Made by a program: the position numbers and the translations under genes
Notes under the pieces: model-generated
Told to the model about the DNA's origin: nothing
The model's input: the letters and a program-made list of their open reading frames with translations, nothing else
Databases searched by the model: none
DNA from: Ignavibacteriota bacterium
GTDB taxonomy: Bacteria > Bacteroidota > Ignavibacteria > UBA10030
Reading direction: 5' to 3'
NCBI GenBank assembly: GCA_963701295.1
Contig: OY969585.1
Span: 2,784,001-2,848,000 of the forward strand
Length of the DNA stretch: 64,000 nt
Part shown: one piece after another, positions 20,653 through 31,056 of the stretch
Layout: each line of letters opens with the position of its first letter
Position numbering within the stretch: position 1 is the stretch's first letter

Positions 20653-22890
20653 TCATCGCTTGCTTACTTCTTTGTTTTTTTTCACTTCCTTTTCAAATCT
20701 TGTTTTCAATCGCAGTACTTGTGGATCATTGTCCCCTTGCAGTCTGGCATAATCATTGAATGCTGCTCTCGCTTCACGTATGTTTCCTTTCAATAAATGC
20801 AGAATGCATAAGCTGTGAGAGAGTGACGGGTCTTCTTTGATTTCTTTGTGTGCTTTTTCCAAATATGAAAGCGCGCGAAGATCCTTCTGAAAAAAAAGAA
20901 TTTTTCCAATGAGCAGATTGGTATATGCTATTTCTTGAATTGCGTTGGCTTCTTTCAGCACTGTCAAGGCTTGAGAAAGTTGACCGTTCATCCTCAATGC
21001 TTCAGCTCTATCGATATATGATTTTATAGTATTGGGAATAAGGATTGATACAACGGTCGCAGTGCCAGACTCCTGGAAGGAAGGATTCAATTTCTTAAGC
21101 AGTGAAAGTGTTTTTGCAGCTTCATCTACCAATCCAGAATCTTTTAATATCCGATATTTGAGTTTTTGAACCTGAAAAATATTATTCTCACCCGCTGCAA
21201 GTTGCTGCAATATATCGACGCAATGTAGTGCTTCATGAAAGTTTCTCTGAGATAAATAGAGAGAGGCAAGTATAAATTGTACATGCGAACTAGTATCGGG
21301 ATTAGGTGATTCTCTCAAATAGCGAATTGCATTTGTATCATCGTGTGATTTGGCAGCAAAGTCGGATGCATAGTAAAATGCTAATGCGTTTGATGGATTG
21401 CTATACGCAATAGATAAATATTCTTTTGAGGCACGTTTGAAATCAGCAAACGATTCATAGTATTCGGCGAGCTGCTTATGAGCTATTTCAGAGCTTACAT
21501 TATCATATCTCACACTCATAAATGCTAAAGAATCGACAATGCCGTTCGGAGTGTATGTAAAGAAAAAATTATTTACCGTTGTCTCGGGTTGGAATGGCCA
21601 ACCTGCTTTCAAACGCTTAATCCGAATGACAGCAATCATGCTATCAAGCTCTGTGAAACCCCAATGTTGCCTGTAATATGTCCACGGCAGTATTCTTGTG
21701 GTGTCCCAGTGTTTTTCAATGAATCCGTTTTCTTTCAGTGCCTGAAAAAATCCTTCAGCCATTAAAAAATATCCATCAACATTTGGGTGCAGATGTTCTA
21801 TCATGAAATTATTCCCAACAATTCCGTGTGGCGAGATACTCTCGAAAAGAGATTTCATTGAAACGTGTGGTATAGTCATGGAATCAGCAAGAGCAACAAT
21901 TCGTTTATTGATGTCTTCTGGCGCTCGGAATCGAATGATATCCAAATCCTTCGCTCGCAAATACTCTTCCTTTGCTTCGGAAAAACGTTGTGTGCCTTCA
22001 AGATGGCTTGCGTTGATATAAACCGAATCTGCTGGAGGATACTCATCATAACGCATCGAGCGGAATGGAGGTATATCCTTTTCATTGCTCACAAGGTCAC
22101 TGATAATAACCGATATACCTGCGCGCTTCAATTTCTCAAACAATTGAGTCATATTGTCATTGAACTGCTCTAATCCGTCTAAATACATTTGCGAATTATA
22201 TGGAATGAGATTCCTTCCTACCATTCTTTCCATCAGCGTGCTTTTTGCATCTTCTTGCTTCATTTGGTGCGTACCCTTATAAATTGTACTAATGGCTTTT
22301 TGAAGCAATTGATATGTTCGCAAATGAATAAGCTTCAAATGCAGCTTCTTTAGCCATGTCGGAATCGAACCGTTTTCCATTGAGGCAACACCCAAAGCAC
22401 CATAGTATTCATTGTGCCCAGTATATATCAGGACTGCATCTGGCTGTTGTTGTAACAGTTCATCTACAAAATCAAGGAGAGTATAACTATTGACCGCGGT
22501 CAAACCGAGATTAACAACTTCAATAATACGGTTGGGGAAAATATCTTGAAGGCGCCGCTGTAAAATTCTTGTGAACGCAACATTTTCATCATACGGAAAA
22601 CCTTGTACAGTAGATTCTCCCAGAACGAATATTCTATACCCATTGGTCGGCTTCTCTTTTAAGAAAAGGTCAGGAATAGGTATCGTATGTTCAAATTTAC
22701 TAAAATATCTTTTCCCCACTAATTGATTGCACACAAGATATTTTGAATCCTGACTTACAACAAAAAGTTTTAAATCATCGCCATAAGAAAATAATCTTAG
22801 CACAACTTCTAACAATATTAATAGTAAGAAGGGAAAAGTCACAATTATTATGTAGAATAAAACTTTTTTACGATTACTAAACTTGGGCAT
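20653..22890 (-). CDS. Membrane-anchored SGNH/GDSL-like hydrolase with TPR repeats
   Basis: RIFVLGESTVQG, YTGHNEYYG, EHLHPN; C-terminal TPR-like helices. Confidence 0.75.
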   Translation of the reverse strand: MPKFSNRKKVLFYIIIVTFPFLLLILLEVVLRLFSYGDDLKLFVVSQDSKYLVCNQLVGKRYFSKFEHTIPIPDLFLKEKPTNGYRIFVLGESTVQGFPYDENVAFTRILQRRLQDIFPNRIIEVVNLGLTAVNSYTLLDFVDELLQQQPDAVLIYTGHNEYYGALGVASMENGSIPTWLKKLHLKLIHLRTYQLLQKAISTIYKGTHQMKQEDAKSTLMERMVGRNLIPYNSQMYLDGLEQFNDNMTQLFEKLKRAGISVIISDLVSNEKDIPPFRSMRYDEYPPADSVYINASHLEGTQRFSEAKEEYLRAKDLDIIRFRAPEDINKRIVALADSMTIPHVSMKSLFESISPHGIVGNNFMIEHLHPNVDGYFLMAEGFFQALKENGFIEKHWDTTRILPWTYYRQHWGFTELDSMIAVIRIKRLKAGWPFQPETTVNNFFFTYTPNGIVDSLAFMSVRYDNVSSEIAHKQLAEYYESFADFKRASKEYLSIAYSNPSNALAFYYASDFAAKSHDDTNAIRYLRESPNPDTSSHVQFILASLYLSQRNFHEALHCVDILQQLAAGENNIFQVQKLKYRILKDSGLVDEAAKTLSLLKKLNPSFQESGTATVVSILIPNTIKSYIDRAEALRMNGQLSQALTVLKEANAIQEIAYTNLLIGKILFFQKDLRALSYLEKAHKEIKEDPSLSHSLCILHLLKGNIREARAAFNDYARLQGDNDPQVLRLKTRFEKEVKKNKEVSKR

Positions 22891-23097
22891 ATTACTTTTA
22901 TATTGATTTGGAATTCTATCGATATCTATTACTTACAATTATGTATCAAAGATTAAATCATTTTATATGAAAAAACTTCTCTCTTTTATTTGGCGTATTC
23001 ATCTTTTCCTCCAGATGATTTCTTATTTCTGGTCACTCCTTATCTTATCATCGGTAAAAAGATAATCTTCTTCATTCAACTAACCTGAAACTTTTCT

Positions 23098-25842
23098 TTA
23101 TTTGAGCAGCATAAGTTTCTTCGTCTCACTGTAACTTCCTGCTTGAAGTCTGCAAAAATAAACGCCGCTTGGCAAGCTGCTCGCATCAAATTTAACTGTG
23201 TAACTTCCCATAGGTTTCACTTCATCCACAAGTGTTCGCACTTCCCTCCCAAGTTCATCATAGATCTTCAGCGTGACATGACTGCTGAGAGGTAAATGGT
23301 AATTGATTACTGTAGATGGGTTAAATGGGTTAGGATAATTTTGATCCAGAGAAAAACTAATTGGAATGGGAAATATTTTGCTGACGGGTGGTGGATTGGA
23401 TTCCAGAATATCCACTCGATCCGGTACGACCCAGGTGTTCGTGCTGCTTGTGTCTTTGTTACCAGTGACACGAAGTTTGAAAATATGATCGCCAGCAGGG
23501 AGAGCTGGACTCGTCCACATTAATTGATCGCCGATACGAATTGCCGAGTAGAAATCAATACTGGTTTCACTCCCCCCATCTATCGACACCGCACCGATGC
23601 CATGTCGCGGATCTTTAACACCGTAAAACTTGATTCGAGTGCCATTAAACCCGACTGTGACATAGTCGTTCGCTATGTTGTCCCACGAGTTGCTTCCAGC
23701 ATAAAGTTCTGCACCGCATCCGGTACAGTACTGCCAACCTGAGCCGACGTAATTGAACTGTTCGACTCCAGCACCCTGGATAGCATCATCGATCGTCATC
23801 CATCCATTATCACCGGTGCTGTTGACAGAGAAATTATCGAATTCTGCATTCCGCCATTTGCTGACCAGCAACCCTACTTGACCGGAACCATACGTGTCAT
23901 CGTTCACGGTTGTAATCAACGTTGAGTCGATAAACGCCTGAATAGTGTCTGCCATGAACCTGAGTGAGAGATTGTGCCAACTGTTTATGCCAAACGATGT
24001 TGTTCCGGATCCCAGTTGTGTATCGCTTCCGCCAATGTCTTCTTTGAAAAGATTCCAACTTGCACTGCTTGTAATCCGCAGATGATAGCCCTGTGAAGCC
24101 CCCGGTGACGATTGCGATTGCGCTCCCAAACGCCCGATGAGATCAACATACCCTGTTTGTTCCAGCAATACATCGACACTGACCTTATAATTTGACCATC
24201 CTGGATCACCGACAACTACGAGTGGCGGAGTCGGAGAACCTCCCGGCCATTCAATCGGGGCCAGGTTGATCTCCTGGCGCAAGCACTTTCCACTGCGTCC
24301 ACCTCGGCAACTATCTACTTCAAATGCACCCTGGATCGAATCAAAATATTTCGGAATTACTCCCAATGAGTCTTCTTCAAAATTCTCCGTATACGGCAGC
24401 ACCATAGTTGCAGATGGCGACGATGTTGCGATCCCTTTCCCTTGGCCTGTGGTAGTACTGATTGTGTAAACATACCCCGGTTGAAATGTGAAACTATAAA
24501 TTCCGCCGCTTGGTGTTATGTCGCTTTCCTTCACAAAGTAATCTGATGAATTTGATGAATTAAGATTTGTTGCCCATACATGAACGGTATCCGTCGATAA
24601 ACCGCCGAGGACAGTGATCGTTGCCGATTGCGGACTGGCTGCATCTACAGTCTCGACAATGACACTATAATCTTTGTTGTCCAGTGATTTAAGTGTTACA
24701 TAGCCACCGTTGTTGCGATCTCCTCCAAAATATCCACAGGCGCTATCCACATAGTGCCATCCGATCTGCACAAATTGTGAAGTGTGTGCCATAACCCAGA
24801 TGCTCTTACCAACGTGATAGTAGCCTGACCACGGTTGATCTGCAAGCATCAGTCCGTCTCCATAGTAAGGCAATGTGCGATACCATGCGGCAATCAAGCT
24901 CCAGTTGATATAGGCGGTAATCCTGCCATCTATGTAGTCGCGATTAAGCGCGCGCGCAAGTGGTATTGCTCCTAAATCGTAGCCCTGAGTTCCACTCTCG
25001 CTTGCCCAAATTGGTATCTTCAATCCTTCTGCAATCGAGGTATATGTATTGTCGGAGCAAACCGTTTCGGGAGCGTTCCAACCACAGGGATAATGAACAC
25101 CCATAATATCCACAGCAGATTTGAATACAGAGTCGTTGGCCAAATCACTCGCTATAGTCCACCCATTGTCTGCAGCAACCACTTGCGTAGTTAAACTATT
25201 GCTCTGCAAAGTTTTCTTCAATTTTTCAAACCAAGTCTTGTCCCATCCAGATTCGTTCCATCCGCCGATGTAATCGATGTGTAAATTATGGTCGGACTGT
25301 GCGTGTCTAATCCAACTGATTATATAATTGATATTATCCTGCGACCAGACACCACCGTTAAACCAACCCTCAGATCCCCACTCTAATCCATACAGCTTGA
25401 TATTCGGATTGCGAAGTTTCGCTTGGTCCATAAGCCACCACTCATAACCGCGGTAATAGTTCGAATCGGTTCGGGATCGCATGTGGCTCGCTTCCGCTCC
25501 GTTCGTGCTATTTGCATCATCGCCAATTTCAACTTTCAAAATCTGCAAACTCGCACCGTAGTTCGGTTTAAAAAGATAATCCAATATCTCATCCCGCTGC
25601 TTGGCAGGATAATCCCACAGCAAGCGCGACGTACCACCGCCTCCGCTCAATCCCCCAATCCCATCATACACTCGACCTGAGCCCGTGCTATCGATGACAA
25701 TAGATGTGCTCTGGGCTTCTACATGAGTAACACCAGACGAAACGTAAAATAAAAGAAGAAGGAACGAATATCGCATGAAGATGGACTTGAGATATTCCTT
25801 TATGAAAATCAATACATCCCATAATCCCTTGTGAAGTTTCAT
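23098..25842 (-). CDS. GH59 galactosylceramidase-like enzyme with lectin/CBM domains and T9SS CTD
   Basis: GIGGLSGGGGTSRLL, LKVEIGDD, RGYEWWLM, WNE, WASE; QNYPNPFNP CTD. Confidence 0.9.
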   Translation of the reverse strand: MKLHKGLWDVLIFIKEYLKSIFMRYSFLLLLFYVSSGVTHVEAQSTSIVIDSTGSGRVYDGIGGLSGGGGTSRLLWDYPAKQRDEILDYLFKPNYGASLQILKVEIGDDANSTNGAEASHMRSRTDSNYYRGYEWWLMDQAKLRNPNIKLYGLEWGSEGWFNGGVWSQDNINYIISWIRHAQSDHNLHIDYIGGWNESGWDKTWFEKLKKTLQSNSLTTQVVAADNGWTIASDLANDSVFKSAVDIMGVHYPCGWNAPETVCSDNTYTSIAEGLKIPIWASESGTQGYDLGAIPLARALNRDYIDGRITAYINWSLIAAWYRTLPYYGDGLMLADQPWSGYYHVGKSIWVMAHTSQFVQIGWHYVDSACGYFGGDRNNGGYVTLKSLDNKDYSVIVETVDAASPQSATITVLGGLSTDTVHVWATNLNSSNSSDYFVKESDITPSGGIYSFTFQPGYVYTISTTTGQGKGIATSSPSATMVLPYTENFEEDSLGVIPKYFDSIQGAFEVDSCRGGRSGKCLRQEINLAPIEWPGGSPTPPLVVVGDPGWSNYKVSVDVLLEQTGYVDLIGRLGAQSQSSPGASQGYHLRITSSASWNLFKEDIGGSDTQLGSGTTSFGINSWHNLSLRFMADTIQAFIDSTLITTVNDDTYGSGQVGLLVSKWRNAEFDNFSVNSTGDNGWMTIDDAIQGAGVEQFNYVGSGWQYCTGCGAELYAGSNSWDNIANDYVTVGFNGTRIKFYGVKDPRHGIGAVSIDGGSETSIDFYSAIRIGDQLMWTSPALPAGDHIFKLRVTGNKDTSSTNTWVVPDRVDILESNPPPVSKIFPIPISFSLDQNYPNPFNPSTVINYHLPLSSHVTLKIYDELGREVRTLVDEVKPMGSYTVKFDASSLPSGVYFCRLQAGSYSETKKLMLLK

Positions 25843-26011
25843 TTGAACTCCATTATCCTATAGAATTGCATGTAAGAACTTGTGCAGTGCGGTAATAATT
25901 TTTCTTACTATTAAACAACACAAGCGCCTTTCTCTCAACATTATTGCCGGCTGGTAATTGATAATAACATATTGCACTCGACAAGCTGCCTGTATAATTG
26001 AATGGCCAAGA

Positions 26012-27799
26012 TTATTTGATCAAGACCATTCTTTTTGTTTCCATATAATTCTGAGTTTGAAGCTTATAAAAATATACTCCGCTTGACAGGTTCGATGCAT
26101 TAAATAAAATTTCGTAATTACCCACCGCTTTTCTCTCATTCTGCATGAGGGTTGCGACTTCTCTTCCCATAAGATCGTACACTTTCAGTGTGACAGTACT
26201 TGTTTGCGGCAATGAATAAGAGATCGTTGTTTGCGGATTGAACGGATTGGGATAGTTTTGCAACAACGAAAATTCTTCGGGTATTGCGCTCGCGCCCTGC
26301 ACACCTGTTTCCTGAATATCTTTTCCCGGCATATTCGCGTCAAGCCATGTCAAACGTGTCGATATCCAGTTTTTAAACTTGGTAATTTCACCATCGAATG
26401 TTGTCGGTTGTGCATCCACTTCAGGAGTACCTACGTCTATACCTAAAATCGGCCATCTCTGATAGTGACGAACTTGCGCTTCATCGACCAACGTATGTAT
26501 TGAATCAATGTAATGATATAGAGATTCTTCACTGAGTGTAGTTTTACGAAGGAAAGTATAACGAGTATGTAATTCATTCGTAAATGTAGTATCTTCCAAT
26601 AACTTTACCATCCAACCGGGCGGGACTGGATATGAGTGGCAAACACTGCTAATTAGAAAAGTCCATCCAGAACCGTCCGTTGCATTGACCTCACATTCAC
26701 TTATATTTTTCCATGCCCAATCAAAATCCCAAACGGGACCATCATGTAACCGCCCATCTTTACTATCTTTGTCTTTATAGAAAAAGGCGCTCTTCTTATA
26801 CGTGTCGACATTTCGAGATACTTCACCTACAATAAAATAATCGACGAATGATGCGACATCAAAATATTTTCTGTACCCCTTGATAGGATCAGCCCAATTT
26901 GGACTTCTTAAAACACTATCAATTGTGCTGACAAATCCTTGTATATACTGTTTCTGTTGATTTGTTATATCCTCCGGTTTAGGATAACTATATACAAAAT
27001 AAGGATATCTTCCGGTTCCGGGGCAATCTATCGCTTCATATTTGCTATTCCAAAAATCTGTACCTGAACCATCTGTGTTATCGACTTTTATTATATATCC
27101 ACCTGTAAGATTATCTCCTGAAGTATCTGTAACGGTTAGCTTTGAAATATCAACACGATTTTTATCTCGTTTGATTTTCTCAGTCAAAACATAGATCCCC
27201 TCATATACACCATTTGAATCCAATTCACAAAGTTGAGTGTGCGGTTGATAATGTCCCATCTTCGTGAAAAGATCAAAAGCAAGTGTATTGCGCATAAAGA
27301 CCTTGTCATTATAATTGGCTATCAATACCCAATCATTTTCCGCAGGCATGTTTATTATTGGCACATTGAGGTTGTTTCCTAAGCTGTCCCTTGTTTCGAA
27401 ACCGTACGGCTTTTGAGGAAGTGTAGCAGAAAAGGAACCTCTTATTTCAATACCTACATAACCATCATAGACATTCGCCGAATCAGTCACATGGTTTCTT
27501 CGGAGAGGTTCATTATTAATAATTTTCATTCTTGCAGTGATCTTTGTCCCATCTGGAATAATTTGACCATGTGTGTCAATTAATATAATCGGCAAATTCG
27601 ATGAGTCAAGAACAACCGTTGCCGTACTATTGCTACTATGAATAGAATTCTCATGAGGATAAACAACCCTTGTTGTGATAGTAGAATGCCCGTCATCGCG
27701 CGGATGAAAAACAGTTCCTTGATTTTGTCCAAACGTTTCCGTTAGGCGTAGAAAGAAGGATATGACACAAAAATAATTCACAACCGTCTTTATATACAT
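26012..27799 (-). CDS. CotH kinase-family protein with T9SS CTD
   Basis: IEIRGSFS, ENDWVLIANYND, GPVWDFDWA; QNYPNPFNP CTD. Confidence 0.85.
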   Translation of the reverse strand: MYIKTVVNYFCVISFFLRLTETFGQNQGTVFHPRDDGHSTITTRVVYPHENSIHSSNSTATVVLDSSNLPIILIDTHGQIIPDGTKITARMKIINNEPLRRNHVTDSANVYDGYVGIEIRGSFSATLPQKPYGFETRDSLGNNLNVPIINMPAENDWVLIANYNDKVFMRNTLAFDLFTKMGHYQPHTQLCELDSNGVYEGIYVLTEKIKRDKNRVDISKLTVTDTSGDNLTGGYIIKVDNTDGSGTDFWNSKYEAIDCPGTGRYPYFVYSYPKPEDITNQQKQYIQGFVSTIDSVLRSPNWADPIKGYRKYFDVASFVDYFIVGEVSRNVDTYKKSAFFYKDKDSKDGRLHDGPVWDFDWAWKNISECEVNATDGSGWTFLISSVCHSYPVPPGWMVKLLEDTTFTNELHTRYTFLRKTTLSEESLYHYIDSIHTLVDEAQVRHYQRWPILGIDVGTPEVDAQPTTFDGEITKFKNWISTRLTWLDANMPGKDIQETGVQGASAIPEEFSLLQNYPNPFNPQTTISYSLPQTSTVTLKVYDLMGREVATLMQNERKAVGNYEILFNASNLSSGVYFYKLQTQNYMETKRMVLIK

Positions 27800-28017
27800 G
27801 CTTCAAAGTTCTTACTGTGAAAAGTATTTATAAAATAATGGAAACTTGATATTTACTTTAGGGCAACCTTATCCTTATTTTCTTCAGCATTAAAACAACT
27901 TCATGCGCCAACACCAAAGGCATCTGCTGGTTGATAGCCGTCAAGCATCATCAAAGCAATTTTACTCTATAGTATAGATATGATTCTGTTTTTCGGGCAC
28001 AACCAACAAAACAAATA

Positions 28018-28050
28018 ATGTGTAGCAACATTATTACTGCTGCTACACAT
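28018..28050. terminator. Stem-loop downstream of the CBM-like gene
   Basis: ATGTGTAGCA / TGCTACACAT 10-bp inverted repeat. Confidence 0.5.
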
Positions 28051-28079
28051 GTGAATTTCACTGATCACAAGAAATACAA

Positions 28080-29540
28080 TTATTTCAGCAGCATCATTTT
28101 TTTCGTAATTACTCCGCTGGCTGATTGCAGCTTATAGAAGTAAATCCCACTGCTCAAACAGGAAGCCGCGAATTTAACCTCATGTTGTCCCGCAATCTGA
28201 TTTTCATTCGCCAGAACCGCGACTTCTCTACCCAGCATATCATACACAGAGAGGCGTACTTTTCCACTATTCTTCAATGTGTAGGAGATGTTGGTGGTCG
28301 GGTTGAATGGATTCGGATAGTTTTGTGCAAGTGAAAATACAGCTGGTTTCATTTGCGTTCCTGAGACGGCAGTAACACTATGATTGGCGTTGAGCCGTAC
28401 GAAATCCGCTGCAGCCCATGAATTAGTCACAGTAGATGTATTTTTCAATAAAACGCCGACTTGTTTGCCAACACTGGCAGGAAAATCACTTGCCTTAAAC
28501 GAAATCGAATATTCTGCCCAAGTCACACCGGTAGGATCGAGTGGCTCTTCTGCAGAAGCAAGCGTAATTCTTTTTCCTGAATTTGCATAATACAATTCTA
28601 TATGTAACTGCGTGGCTATCCATGAGGCTCTACCATTTACCCTCAAGCTGATCACATCACCAGCCTGAATTGAATAATTGGTTGTGTTCCATATAGAATC
28701 ATCATCCCACGCTAAAAACGCTGAATATTGTCCGTCACCGCCCTGAGAATTTCGTTCAATGCCGGAATCTGTCACTATGCTATCGGACGCCCAGCCTGGG
28801 ATGTCTGCTTGCGAATCTGCTATTTTAGGACATGACCCTGGTCCATTCCAGCCTTCAATTTTCCCTGAGTCGGGTTGTTCAAAGCTGTAATTAGGAACTT
28901 CTACTATTGTTGGGTCTTCGTTTGTTAACCGTACGTTGTCAATATAAATCCACGAATGAGCACCAGGAGTCACATTTTGAAATAGGATGCCGATGTTTAA
29001 ACCTTGAACATCAGGGAAATCCGAACCTTTAACCGAAATCGAATATGCTGCCATTTTACTAGTCATTGTTTTCGTTTCGGAGACAATTGGAATTATCGCC
29101 CCTGTTACTGAATCGCCATCATTATAAAACAGTTCCATCTTTAAAGTTGTGCCTATATAGCTATTCATTGCGTCCACCGTCAACATGAGCTGATCATCAC
29201 TATTTAGACGCCGGTTTAGATTCTGATATAGTGCCGAATCGCCACCCATGAGATATGCGACATAATTTCCATTAGTGGCGACACCCTGATTATCCACACC
29301 CGAATCAAATACTGACGAATCTGGACTATTAACTTTCCATGCCGGGACTACAAGGACTTTGAAGCCGGTTCCTGTATGTGTGGTTTTTCCCATAAAGCCT
29401 TCTATCTTACCTGAGTCAGGTTTTTCGAAGCTTGGATTGATGATTGTAACATTCTTTTGTGCATACAACTGCACAGGCAATAGCACAATACTAACACTTA
29501 TTAAAAATGCTAGTGTGATAAAAAATACCATTCGTTTCAT
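28080..29540 (-). CDS. Secreted protein with two tandem CBM-like beta-sandwich repeats and T9SS CTD
   Basis: Internal repeat NPSFEKPDSGKIEG / NYSFEQPDSGKIEG; CTD; ATG 29540 has an AAGGAG RBS. Confidence 0.7.
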   Translation of the reverse strand: MKRMVFFITLAFLISVSIVLLPVQLYAQKNVTIINPSFEKPDSGKIEGFMGKTTHTGTGFKVLVVPAWKVNSPDSSVFDSGVDNQGVATNGNYVAYLMGGDSALYQNLNRRLNSDDQLMLTVDAMNSYIGTTLKMELFYNDGDSVTGAIIPIVSETKTMTSKMAAYSISVKGSDFPDVQGLNIGILFQNVTPGAHSWIYIDNVRLTNEDPTIVEVPNYSFEQPDSGKIEGWNGPGSCPKIADSQADIPGWASDSIVTDSGIERNSQGGDGQYSAFLAWDDDSIWNTTNYSIQAGDVISLRVNGRASWIATQLHIELYYANSGKRITLASAEEPLDPTGVTWAEYSISFKASDFPASVGKQVGVLLKNTSTVTNSWAAADFVRLNANHSVTAVSGTQMKPAVFSLAQNYPNPFNPTTNISYTLKNSGKVRLSVYDMLGREVAVLANENQIAGQHEVKFAASCLSSGIYFYKLQSASGVITKKMMLLK

Positions 29541-29736
29541 TGTTCTCTCCTTGGTTAATGAATTGTACATTCAACTGATGATTCATAAAGTCAGTTGATA
29601 ACTTCTACACCACATTAAGAAAGATACTTCAACTAAATTACTATGCCTATTGAAACTCACCTCCTTTCAATCCTTAAATTATACCGGCTCAGTATAAATC
29701 TTTAACGCAGGAATGATTTACCATTGATCAAATGCA

Positions 29737-29801
29737 TTACTTGATTAACACTATTCTCTTTGTCTCTATATATAATTCTCTGTCTGTAACTTGAAGAAAT
29801 A
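29737..29801 (-). pseudogene. Second orphan T9SS CTD tail relic
   Basis: YFFKLQTENYI / ETKRIVLIK* with a frameshift in an AT repeat; shares AATTCTCTGTCTGTAA with the 20447 relic. Confidence 0.65.
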
Positions 29802-29810
29802 TCGAACCAA

Positions 29811-30845
29811 TTAAGTTGATCCTCGTATGATCAATTTTGTATCTAACACTACGGTCTTTGTTTCTTTCACTATACCTTTAATAATACCAATCAATATTTC
29901 AGCAGCTTTTTCCCCCATTTCAAAAGAAGGTTGATCAATCGTAGTCAATGGAGGGTCAATAAGACTTGTAATCTTATTATTCGAGAATCCCATGATAGCC
30001 ACATCATTAGGAATTTTTAGTCCCGCCTCCTTTATTCTTTGGTAAGCACCTATGGCGACAGGATCGTTCACTGCAAAAATCGCATCAGGAATTCTATTTT
30101 CCGTAAGTAAAGAAGCCATTGAATTATAACCATCTTGCTCGTGAAGCCCACCATAACGTATTATTTCGGTTTGTCTCGGAATTTGAGTTTGCTTCAATGC
30201 ATCAAGATATCCACTCAATCGTTTCATACAAATACCCAACTCCTTCGGTCCGCCGAAATGGGCAATTCTTCTATATCCTTTCCCAATAAGATATGTGACG
30301 GCATCAAATGCACTTTTATAATCATCAATTATGACTTTGCTTGTTATAACATCTTCGCATACACGATCGAAAAATACTAAAGGCATTCTTCGTTTCAGCA
30401 AATCATTAAAGTGATCTCCGCACTTCGTATTTTGTGAAATTGAGACGACAATCCCAGCGACGCGTTGACGCATAAGAAGATTTGTATTGATAACTTCTCT
30501 CTCGAAGCTTTCATTAGACTGACATAAGAATATCGCATACCCTGATTTGTACGCAACTTCTTCAATACCACTGATCGCTGAAGAGAAAAAGTCATGTTTG
30601 ATTTCAGGAACAATGACACCAATAGTCATCGTCCGATTATTCCTTAGGCTTTGTGCAATTGGATTAGGAGAGTAATGAAGTACTTTTGCAATTCTTTTAA
30701 CTCTCTTTTTTGTTTCACTATCAATGTCGGGGTGATCACTTAAAGCGCGTGATACCGTGGAAGTAGATATCCCCAGCTTTTTTGCAACGTCTATAATGGT
30801 TGTATGCTTTGAGATTTGTTTCACACTCTGCAATCGTTCCCGCAA
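29811..30845 (-). CDS. LacI-family transcriptional regulator
   Basis: TIIDVAKKLGISTSTVSRAL HTH, PDAIFAVND, PPLTTIDQP; true start may be GTG at about 30824. Confidence 0.95.
   Translation of the reverse strand: MRERLQSVKQISKHTTIIDVAKKLGISTSTVSRALSDHPDIDSETKKRVKRIAKVLHYSPNPIAQSLRNNRTMTIGVIVPEIKHDFFSSAISGIEEVAYKSGYAIFLCQSNESFEREVINTNLLMRQRVAGIVVSISQNTKCGDHFNDLLKRRMPLVFFDRVCEDVITSKVIIDDYKSAFDAVTYLIGKGYRRIAHFGGPKELGICMKRLSGYLDALKQTQIPRQTEIIRYGGLHEQDGYNSMASLLTENRIPDAIFAVNDPVAIGAYQRIKEAGLKIPNDVAIMGFSNNKITSLIDPPLTTIDQPSFEMGEKAAEILIGIIKGIVKETKTVVLDTKLIIRGST
30829..30842. promoter_or_regulatory. Candidate LacI-family operator (autoregulatory)
   Basis: TGCAAT-CG-TTCCCG, a CG-centred 14-mer just upstream of the probable GTG start. 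Confidence 0.3.
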
Positions 30846-31056
30846 ACGTATCCAATATAGTCATCCAGATGAAGATGGTTGTTACACTATTGTTCCAATT
30901 ATTTTAAATAACGTACCAAATGTGTCAATAACGTCCCGTATTGTATAAATAATGTTCCGTCGTCAGTCTTCTACAAATTGTGATTAAAAGGGATTTTTAC
31001 TAATTTTGAATAGGCTTACGAAAAACTTACAAAGATAATTTTTCTTTGAACCTTAA

